A DNA stretch of 64,000 bases from assembly GCA_964016885.1 (NCBI GenBank), contig OZ024741.1, forward strand, positions 385,516,001-385,580,000. Reading direction: 5' to 3'. Every line of letters starts with the position of its first letter. Positions within the stretch are counted from its first letter, which is position 1. The stretch comes from Eledone cirrhosa (taxonomy: Eukaryota). Below the pieces are notes generated by a model that made no database searches, was not told where the DNA came from, and saw only the letters and a program-made list of their open reading frames with translations. Shown here piece after piece: positions 13,531 through 25,500 of this stretch. The position numbers and the translations under genes are program-made.

Positions 13531-16500
13531 ATTTGTAGTTTACTTGAAGCATTGTATATGGTATAAAGAAGTTTAAAAGCCACAACAATGCAGGTTTGGA
13601 CGGAAAATAATTAAATCATAAGAAACAAGGTTGTTTTTTTACCTTAATTTATTCATAGGTCCTGATATTTCGATATTAATATCTCTTCTTCCGAGGAAAA
13701 TAAAGGAACTATTCCAGTGTCCAATGGTATAGCAAGTCACATTGAACACTGGAATAGTTCCTTTATTTTCCTCGGAAGAAGAGATATTAATTGTTTCTAC
13801 TTTTGGCACAAGGCCAGCAATTACCCAGTGCATTACTGGTACTTTATTTTATCGACCCCATAAGGATGAAAGGCAAAGTTAACCTCAGCGGGATTTGAAC
13901 TCAGACCATAAAGAAGACATATTAATTGTTTCTACTTTATTTATTTATTTATTTATTTTTTTTTAAATTATCGAAATATCAGTGGGTTTTAATTTTGAAT
14001 TCTTTATATATATATATAGACATAGCCATATATTTTCTGAGCATTCTTTCTTCTTTTATCGCTTTCATTCCATCCTTTCTTTTTTCTTATATATTTCTTC
14101 CCCCTCCCAACTCTTTCTTTTCACCACACCACTTTTTCCTCTTTTTTAAATTTTCCTCCCCTTCTTACAATATTCATCTTATGTTAATGAAGGAGACTCT
14201 GTTAGGGTTTCCCAACCTGGATGATATTACCCACCATTGGGTGATGAACAACTAAACAGAAAATGGTGGCCAATTGGAAATTTTTATGGACAATATGGGA
14301 TTTTGAGTATGAAGAAGGTATTTCAACATATGCTACCCGAAAAAAAACAAAAAAAACAAGAGGCTAAATGGAAATAACGAACCAGTAACAAACTTATACC
14401 AAATATTTTTGGTGTGCTTTTGAATATTTACTATACAAGTGGGTTGTGGAAAATTTTTCTATGTGAAAGTGGGTGATGACACAAAAAAGGCTGGGAACCC
14501 ATACTCTATGTAGTGGGACTATAATTGTTTCTGCTACGCTGAACTTGCAAGCTGCAAACCATCTCCACTCAAGCCCACTACCACCTATCAAACCCACGTT
14601 CTCCACTCCTCTCTCTTTTTGTCATTCTGACTATTTCAGTTACCTCTAATCCCTACTCTAAACACTTTTTCTAGTCATACCTCTCCTGAGACACAGTCAT
14701 CTGAAATTCTTTCCTGAACATATATTTTCCCCGAGAGACATCATTTAACGTCTATTTTCCATGCTAGCATGGGTTAGATTAGTTGTCCCATTGTGAGACA
14801 AGTCAGATCAGATGACTGCGTCTTGTTTGTACAGAACTGTTTCTCACTTGGTTTCTAGGGTTGGATGCCCTTCCTAACGCCAACTACATTTACAGTGTGA
14901 ACTGGGTGCTTTTTATAGTGGCACCAAAATCAAGAACTGACAGGTTGAACTGGGTGCTTTTTGTTGTGTCTTCAACACAACCACTTTACCTGCCTGAGAC
15001 CACTTTTGGTTCTATAATTTTTAAAAAATTGTCTGTTTTATAATGTTTATCTTTTAATTAAAACTTTCCATCATTAATTTTATATCCGAACCTTTGGCTA
15101 ATTTATGTTCCAAACACCAGCTTAAGTTACTTTTCTAAAACCCTTCAATTATTTTTTATTATTTTCAAAATTAATTAAAACACATGGAGTGCATGTTTCA
15201 TTAGATATCTGGTGAGGAAGGTTTAAAGTGAATGTGAGGTGCCTTAGCCTTACCAGTCTGGAAAGCTGTATATATGGGTGCTGAGTAAGTAATAGAAAAT
15301 TAAATTACAATGATCAAGTATGACTTGATAGTAAACCATACTTTAGCTAAGTGTCTTAGGTGTCCATGTAGTTGCAAACAAACACAGACACATTCTTGAT
15401 CCAGGGGAAAAACATCTAAGATATGGTAGTTGAAATGAGAAAGGGCTGCACCAGCACTGGGTTGCTATTTTCTTTAGTAACCCAAAAATAATGGCTTCTG
15501 ATTTGAGCACAAACTCAACAATTTTTAGGGAAGGGAAAGTTGATTAAACCAACCCCAGTGTGTTACTTATTTAAAGCTTGTGGAGCCCATCATTCGCTAG
15601 GTCTGGATGCAGCATATTTCTTCCAGAAAAGGACAGAAAGTGAGAAAGAGATTGACCCCAGTACTAGACTGGTACTTTTTTAACGACCTTGAAGGAATAC
15701 TTATAATATAGCTGCCTGATAATTTACTTCCCAGATTTTACTCTCAGAATACCCTTATTTCATTACAATGTCTAAATTAATAGAAAGTTACTAATAATCA
15801 AGATGTTTTCTTTCTGTTACAGATGGCGTAATCCAAACCTGACAATTGCTTTGTGGATCTGTTGTAACATTGGATGTTTTGTTTTGTCTAAAGGTAATGT
15901 TCACAATATTTTCAGAGAAATAGGGAAATACTCATGCCTTATAGCAGAAGTTCTGAGACTTTTTGGGCCACTGCCCCCTTCACAGCCACATAATACCCTC
16001 AGCACCTCCCACCCCTATTTCCAGAGAGACCTGCCTACATATAAATTGTAAATAATATATAATAAATAAAATTGTTAATTCATCATCATCATCATCATCG
16101 TCGTTTAACGTCCATCTTCCACGCTTGCATGGGTTTGGACGGGAGTTTTCCCACTTGAGGCAAGAGTGGTTGTCTTGCTCGCATATGACTGTCTGGCGGG
16201 TTTTCTACGGCTGGATGCCCTTCCTAACACCAACCACGTTTACAGTGTGGACTGGGAGGTTTTTACCATGTTACCTACACGGCCACATTACAGCGTGGAC
16301 TGTGTGTTTTTTTGTCGTGACACCTACACGACCTCATTTGTTTCGGACTGGATGTTGTGGTACCAACATAACTTCACATTTAAGGGGGTGGTGTGGATGG
16401 GGTGGGGGTAGTGGGACGGGGGTGTATTTTTGTTAGAGGTGCCTAATGACTGTAGTAGGTTTCACTTTGTACTTAGGTAAGGCGGGTCTGCTGTATTACT

Positions 16501-19500
16501 GTGTAGCGCCAAAGATCTCGGTCCAGTGACATTGTCTTGGAGAGGTGTAAGTGTGTGAGGTCGGTTTTTACAAGTCGTCCCAGGTTTTTCTGGGTCTGCC
16601 TACTCCGTGGCTACCGTCTATTTTTATTGCCCTGCACTTTTTTATACAGCTGTCGTCTTTCATGCACATCACGTGACCGTACCAACGTAGTATTGTCTCG
16701 AGTAAATAACATCTGATCCTTCTTAGTTCGTTTATGCTTTGCCGTTCACGTATATTACTATTACACATCCAGCAGAGCATGCAAGCTTCGTTCCTCTCCA
16801 GTCTGCGTATATCCTCTGCACACAATGCCCAGGTCTCACTGCCATGTAACATTGCTGTTTGTATGCAGGCATCATACAGCCTGCCTTTCATTTTTAGAGA
16901 GAACCCTTTAGCGGCTAATAGTGGTATAAGCTCTCTGAACTTTTTCCATCCAGTTCTGACTCTAGCTACTGTACTTTCAGAGCACCCTCCACCACTGCTG
17001 ATTTTGTCACCCAAGTAACGGAAGGTTTCCACTATTTCTATAGAACCATCTGGGTAATAGAATGAGCTAGTATTCTGTAGGCACTTGCTGCTACTTATTG
17101 CACCAGACCACCGGCCACATATAAAATCTATGTTCTTAGTTAGCTTACCTGTGATCCCACTACTCTTTTATGCACCCATACTTTGCATTTGGGACATAAA
17201 ATGGAGTTTCTACCTACTCCTTTCCTACACACTGAACATGGCCATTTCCCGGATGGAACCGGCGCCCTATTTTCCTCCCTACAAACTAGAACTTTAGTCT
17301 TAGACAGGTTAATTTTAAGGCCTTTTGATTCTAGGCCATGCTTCCATGTTTGGAATTTCTTCTCTAGTTCAGCCATTGATTCAGAGTGTTAGATCATCTG
17401 CGTATAGGAGTTCCCATGGGCAGCTGGTCTTGAACTCCACTGTTATAGCCTGAAGGGCAATAATAAATAGTAGGGGGCTAAGAACGGAGCCCTGATGAAC
17501 ACCAACTTTTGCGCTAAACTCTTCACTATATTCGTTGTTAATTTTAACCTTGCTGACTGTTTCTTTATACATGGCTTGTATAGCTCTCACAAGCCATTCA
17601 TCAACACCTAGTTTTCTAAGAGCCCACCAGATAATGGAACGGGGGACTCTGTCAAAGGCTTTCTCCAAGTCGACAAAAGCTATATAATTCATATATGATA
17701 AATAATATAATTGTTTCTACTTTTGGCACAAGGCCAGCAATTACCCAGTGTATTACTGGTACTTTATTTTATCGACCCCCGTAAGGATGAAAGGCAAAGT
17801 TAACCTCGACGGGATTTGAACTCAAATCGTAAATAATATAATATATACTGTGTATAGATAAATATTATATATTTTTATTTTACTATATTTATATATATCT
17901 ATCATTTAATACATATATATATATAATTCAACAACCCTGTGCACATCACCTTCATTGATTTCACAAAAGCCTTTGACAATGTGAAACTACCCAGGTTGTG
18001 GCAACTCTTAAACAAGATCTCACTTAACAAAAAATACATCAAGAAACTTACACCAACTCAACAGCATATATCAAAACAGACTTGGGAACTACACACTGTA
18101 TCTTGAAGGGAGTTATGTAGGGGGTTTGTACTATCAGCACTTCTTTTCTGTATAATTATAGCTGCACTTATCTACCAAACTGAAGAAGAATGCTCCTCTG
18201 GCTATCAAATAAGAGGTAAAATCCTATCAAATCTAAGCTATGCAGACAATCTGGCCATCATGAGTTACTCTAGAACTTATCTGCAAGACCTTCTGAATGT
18301 ACTGGCCAAACATTCACTGGAAGCTGGCTTACACATCAACATCTCCAAAACAAAATGTCTGACAACTGATAAAAACAATGCCAATCTACAATTCACAATC
18401 TACAACCAGGAAATTGCTCAAGTTATGGAGTTTGTATATCTCGGTCACAAACTATCATCAACCAACAATGGAATGGTTGCTGTGCAGTATCACATCGCTC
18501 TAGGTTGGACACCTTTTAACAAGAAAAAGGAAGTACTAACATCAAAACAAGTTTCCTATCATTTGAAGGCTAAGATGTTTGATACTTACATCCTACCAGT
18601 GGTGTTATACGGTCTTGACTGCATTAAACTTCAGAAGCTCTCTACATTCCAGAACCACATCATGAGACATATGACTGGCAAGCAGCTTAGCGACCATATA
18701 TGTATCACTGAGCTGCTGAAATTACCAAACTTAGACCAATTATATCAATTGTCAAGCCAAGAGTACTCAAACTATACGGCCATATAAAAAGATCAACTCG
18801 TGGTGTGAGTAGGTTATGCCTGGAAGGGGAGGTTGGCTGGTAAGAGAAGCAGAGGCTGACAGCCAAAACAATGGCTTGACAATGTCAATTTATGGACTGG
18901 ACTTGATTTTTGCTCTTTGAACTCTGCTGCTGGTGATCAAACTTTATGGAGAGAGATATCACATGTTGATGCGCAGTCTGCAACTGGTGGAGTTTAGCGT
19001 CACAAGAATCATTTGATATTTAATATTCTATTATATCATCTCTACCGCCCCCTTAGGCTGCAGCGCTCTCCTGGACCTTCTCAATGCCCCCCAGGGGCGG
19101 TAGCGCCCACTTTGAGAACCTTTGCTTTATAGCACCCTAGCATTTTTATTTTTAGCTTTTACACCTCCCTCCTTTTTGATTACCGAATGCTGAAGCTGAC
19201 ACATTACTGCACCAACTCCTTGCATCCAAATTTTGGAACTGACAAGGGATTGTACTTAAAACAATAAAGAAATGACATTCAGAATTATGATAAATCACAG
19301 TTTCATGACATTACATCTGTAAATATAGTTTTATGAAGTCTGAACACTAATAGCAGCACGTTCAGAGACGTGCAACCAAGCGCATACCCTCCATCAGACA
19401 CCTACCATACTCTGAACGCCTTGCTTCCCTGGGCATGGATTCATTGAAGCTCCGACGTCTGGCAATGGACTTGGTGAATACCCACAAAGTTTTTTTTTTT

Positions 19501-22500
19501 TTTTTTTTTTTAACCATCTCGCCAACTGCAACCCTGAGCGCCTCTTTGATCTCCATGTGTCTAACACACGTGGACATGCCTACAAGATAAGAAAACAGCA
19601 CAGCTCCCATGACTTTCGCAGACATTTTTCACGCTCAGAGTTGCTGAAGCATGGAACAAACTGCCTGCGTCAATTGTTAGCTGCCGAGACACTGCATCCT
19701 TTAAGACACTCATGCTTCCCGAAATACGCCAAAACTACACCTGATGTACCCCTTCCATACACATGCACACATGTGTGTATCATGACTCGTGCACTGTTCA
19801 TTTTACTGATGTTTGTGCATTGCCCTATGTACTGTACATGCACTTTTTTGATGAGTTGTGGTGCACCTGGGCACTGTACACAATATTTCATTATTGTTAT
19901 TGTTATTATATCATGACTCATACACTGTTTATTTTCCTGACATTTGTACATTATTCTATGTACTATACATGCACCTTTGATGAGTTGTAGTGCACCTGAG
20001 CACTGTACACAATAATTTCATTGTTATTGTTATTAGGAAGCACAGTGTTTTTGGTTTGACCAGTAAAGGTATAAAGAGATTGGGGAGATGTTGCTTTCAA
20101 TTCTTGAATATTGTACATAAAATTAGTCATGATTTATAGTGTTTACTGGGAGTATTTCAGCATGACAACCTTACAGGGTAGACTGGGTGCTTTTTGTCAT
20201 GGCACCAGCACTACTACCTTACAGGATGAACTGGATGCTTTTTGTCATGGCACCAGCACTACCACTTTACAGGGTGGACTGGATGCAGTTTTGTCGTAAC
20301 ACCATCACTTTCACCATACAGAGTAGACTAGGTGCTTATGTCATGACACCAACACTTCCACCTTAGAAGGTGGACTGGGTGGTTTTTGTCGTATCACCAA
20401 CATTACCACCTTATAGGGTTCACTGGGTGCTTTTCATTAAGAAAAAAAAAAAAAAAAAAATTTTAAAAGCAATTTTAAGTTGAGAAACTTGAGAAAGGCA
20501 GCTTTGAATAGAAATGCAGGGATTGGCATAATTGATCGTGCAATGCCATAGAAAGGACACAGCATAGGTGACAAGAGGAGCAGTGAGACAGGTGTGTCTG
20601 GAGAGCTTCAGTAGTGGTAATGTACGACTAGCTTTCTCTGAAGAGCAGAAGCTTTTGTAGTAGTGACAGTACAAGCAATGAGGAGACAACATACTTGTGA
20701 TCTAGAGGTTGTTGTGTGTTGGTGATTGGTCTTTGCCAATCAGTCATATGGCTTTTTTTGGATGTGGTCTAGTGTGTGTGTGTGTGTGTCAGCAGCAATA
20801 TTGCATTATGGGTCCCACTTGAACGTTGTAGAAAGATAGCAATTGTTTGCAGCTGAAGTATTTTATGGTCTTGAAGGAGAAGACGAGTGTTTGAGAAGCA
20901 GTTTATGCTATGTTATGAATAAGAGATCACAAGGAGGGATTATCAGAGATTGTGAGGCTGAGTATTTGTAAGGAAGTTTGTTAAATTTCATGTATATTTA
21001 GTTATTGTTGTGGTGATGATGATAATTTAGCCCTGGGTCAGCTCTGACTGAGCAGAGCTATGATCAAACATGCTCCAGCTCTAATCACTCCATCTTTTGT
21101 GTATCTACTACTACATTTTCACATTTCTTTTTTAAGTTAGTTATTATATGCAGAAGTAGCTGTTAATTCTAGTGGGTGTGACAACCACATAGAGGCACGC
21201 CCCCACCCTCTATAACCAGTTCTTTTTGTATATTTAGTGTTTTTATAGATCATGTCAGGCTTCTGTCTGCTACTGGTGCCATGTTTAAATATTGACAAAA
21301 ATTACTTGCAATTATTATAGAATGAATGCACTAATATTTGAGGCTATTTTATGTATAGATTTGGTCCAATCAGGCTCCTGCCTGATACTGGTAGCATGTA
21401 ACTCAGTATAACCTGTTTCATGGTTGAGTTGTCGGCAACTAAACCAGCTCCCCCACCAGACTCTAGTCCGATGAGGAAGGTAAGTGGTACCCCAGCAGCA
21501 CAAAAAACAAAAGCTGTTAAAAGGGGGGATACATTCCTGAGGGTCAATGGACAGCAAGAGCTGTTAAAAGAGCGAATGAGTTCCTCAGTCACCAGCCATC
21601 CACCCCAACTATGGGTTAAATAGCCTCACCAACCTGCAATTGGCCAAGTGTGGTGAGTACGGCTACACCCTTGAAGACATGATCAAAACCAAACAGAAAG
21701 TGATAGAGGTCAACCAGGGAGGAGTTCCCCCAACAAGAGTGAGAAGGCCCTGGATTAGAGTGTTTGTAGTGGATTGGTGGGGGTGGGGGGGGGGGGGGGG
21801 GGGCTTGATAGTGATTTTGTAGTCAAAGATGTGTTTAGAATATGAAGTTCAACTGAAAATTCATGTTTGTAATCAGAAATCTTACTTTTATCTTTCAGCT
21901 GCCTCCTTTGTTTTAGTGTCTTTATTAGTTGTAGCTATTGCTACTTTGTCACTTATTCATATACACACTCGTATATTTGACACTGTACTTCCTGAAAGTC
22001 ACAGAGAGTGTTATCTTCCTGGAGATAGCAATGGTGATGAAGAAATATGTCAAAATACAGTTCGCGAATTCCAGTATAGGTAAATTATTTTCGTTATATT
22101 TATTAACTCTTTTGTTACTATATTTCTCATGAAATACACTGCCTATATGTGTATAAATTAATTTTGAAAAATTGGATGGGATAACTAACTTTTTTATTAG
22201 TAAGCTGGTGTTTGAAACATTTCTTAACAGATATTTCTTAAATAAAATTATGATGGAAAGTTTTAATATAAGTGTGAACATATTAAAATGAGCAGTTGTG
22301 TATCATAAAACCGAGGCAATTCCGAGTGGTTTGATATCAAATGGGTAAAATACATCCACTTCACTGCTACATTGATACAAAAGCTCTCACATTGTTGCCA
22401 CACAACTTTTTATGATTTAGTATTGGAATATTGATCAATCCAATTCATGAACAACATGGGAAAATTAGCTGTTAAAATGGAGAGGATGTTACTGTGTACT

Positions 22501-25500
22501 GAAGAGTGTATTTATATCAATGGTATTCTTACTTGACTGGTACATTTTTTATCGACCTTTCAACTATTCAAGGTCGCTAAAAAGTACCAGTCAAGTACTG
22601 GAGTCGATTCTGCCTCTACATCTCTTTCTCACTTCCATTCTCTTACTTTCTATCCTTCTCTGGAAAAAACCTGCTGTATTCAGACCTGGAAAGGAGATGG
22701 GATCCGTCAAGTTTGCCCTAGAAACACTGTATGTCAATATGGCACCCCTATGACTCCAGGAATTATGGGACAAAAAAGAAAAGAAAATTCTTATGGCTAT
22801 ATCAACATCAGTCAGGTCTGATGCAAACTAAACTCTACTGTTTGAATAAGAATATCTATTTAGATTGTGAGAAATAGGAAAGACATTTTAGCATGATTTC
22901 TGATTACTCATTGAAACTATTTTACTAAACAGGAACTGACAACAAGAAAATGTTCTTTGTATATGATATGGTGTTTGTATATATGGAGGCCTTGAACATT
23001 GATAGCCATTTAAAATGTCTTTATTCTTCAATGTTGACTTTGTGATGATTGAAGATTTATATAGAGTTATGTAATTCTTTTGCTGGCCAATTGTATGTGT
23101 ACATTGCCTCCATTGGACTTGATTCTGTGCAGTTTTTAGCACATTAAATGTAGCTGTTTCTGCTCCTCCCAAATATTGTCTTGTCATCTCTTTGGTGGTC
23201 TTCCTCTTTTTCTCAACCCTTGGGTATCTCTGCTGAATACTCAGTAGACAACCAATGTCTCTGGTTGTCAAGCAACATGACCAAACCATTGGAGTCAGGA
23301 ATTCTGGATAATTTAGATAACTGTAATATTGGTTCCCAGACTCTCTCCCCCTGTCATGATTTTTTTTCTCTCTTGGCCTTACTCCTGCTATAGACCTCAG
23401 GCATTGTTTCTCAAAAGAGAGTTGTCTATGTTCATCATTTTACATCTGCTCCTCCATGCTTGCATAGATTCAATAAAAACACCCAGCAGAGCCATATTTA
23501 GACTTTGTGGGGCCCAGAGCTGTTCCTGGAGGGGGGGGGGGGTGACAAGGGGTGAACAGGGCATTCAACCCCTTTGCTCCTGAATAAATCCGGCCCTGGT
23601 CCCCAATTCCCCCTGTCGTGTAGTAATGGTGGTGTCATGATAAAACACACCCAGTACATGCCATGAAGTGGTTGGCATTAGGAAGGGCATTCAGCTATAA
23701 AAACCATGCCAGAATGGAACACATAAGTGAGATACAGTCATCTGACCTGTCTCACTCATCATCATCGTTTTAACAGCCACTTTCTCTGTTAGTAAGGGTT
23801 GGATGGGTCTACATAGGTTTACATAGGCTATGTCAGTACTGAAGAAGGGCTACTGATTTCCCAGACAGGCCAGGGATCTGCATAGAGGTAAAACAGTACT
23901 GTTACTGCTGCTGATGATGATATATGTATAGGAACCTTAATTTTAATTTTGTTATAAATATGATTTACAAAAGAAAAAAATCAATAAAAGAAAGGCGTAG
24001 TTATGATTTGTAAAAGAGACAAATCAATGACTTGCCTTACTGAAGTAGCAAATGATCCTTATGAAGATACTTGACTATTCCAGTGCCTTAGTCTCACTAT
24101 TACCTACAGTAATGCTGTGGCTTGACAACACCAACATTCCATGTTGTACTGTTGTATATAATTGAGTGTGCATATCTTCAATGTTTCTTTCTTTTTCCCT
24201 TCTTTTGGGCTCTTTTTTGTTGATTTGTTTATTTTCCAAACCCTAACACCTTTATCTCTTTCATTGATTTCTATATTTCAAATATACCTTTATATTTCAG
24301 CTTGATACAGGTCAATGATTTCCTGATCCGTTGCAATGAATATCTTGACAGTTTCTACACAATTCTAAAATGGGAGGAAATAGGTCCTTCACTCAGGTAA
24401 GTGTTTCATAAATAATTAGGATCATTCAACAACATACACAATTTACACACGCCATACTGTAATATTGATTTCTAATTTAGGCACAAAGCCAGCAAATTTT
24501 GTGGGAGAGGACAATGTTGATTCTATCAACCCCAGTACTTCGCTGATACTTTCTTTTATCAATCCAGAAAGATGAAAGACAAAGTCAGCCTTGGTGGGAT
24601 TTAAACTCGGAATATAAAGAGCCTGAACAAATACCACAATGACATTTTATCCAACACTATTTCAATTCTGCCAATCCACCACCCTCACCATACATATTAT
24701 ACACACCATATATATATAAGTGTTAGTGAGTAGAGAAAGGACCCTGATTCCTTCAGTCCTTCAGGGAAGTGGCCTTGCTCAATATGTAGAAAGGGAGGAG
24801 TCATAAACTCCTTATGATATACAGAATGTAAATCCTGGGTACACGAGAGATTAGTGGGATAACAGGTAGTCTAATAGGAAGGGAAGACTTTGTTTGTGGA
24901 AGATGCACAGGGGTAACCGAGGGGAAGATGCACAGGGGTAACCGAGGGGAAGATAGCCAATGTAAGCCTATTCTAGTCATAGGAAGAACCCATAGAAGTG
25001 TTTGATAGCTTCTGCTATCTAGGCAACCTAATTAGCAATGGAGTGGAGTTCTCTGAGAACATAATAGCTAGAATAAGGATAGGAGAGAGAAAGTTGAGAG
25101 AGCTACTCCCACTGTTGACCACATAAATAATATATATTCGCTCTATGGGCTTATATATACTTATATGTATACAATCCTTATGAAGTCCTCTTTGGATTTT
25201 TGGATTTGTTTTGCAAGATTTTTTATCTGAAAACCTGAGTTGAAACAAATATTGTTATACTTTTGGAAGGTCATGCTGCCAAAAGAAAAAACACGTGTAC
25301 CTGTTGACTTTCACTTCAATTTATTATTATTTCCACATTAGTTAGTTTAATAATCGAATAGTTGTTTAGTTTTTGATTGTTATCAAAGCTCTTTCATCAC
25401 ACATTCTGTGACCTCCTCAGTGACTACTGTTGTTATTTTGTCTCTCTTTTTTGTTCTGTCTTATACCATCTTGTTTTTGTGAGCTCACAACAGGTGCATG

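Noticed and set aside
24898-24955. 25-bp perfect tandem duplication (similar small ones at 36033-36076 and 61157-61262)
   Set aside because: Local slippage inside degraded repeats; no sign of function.
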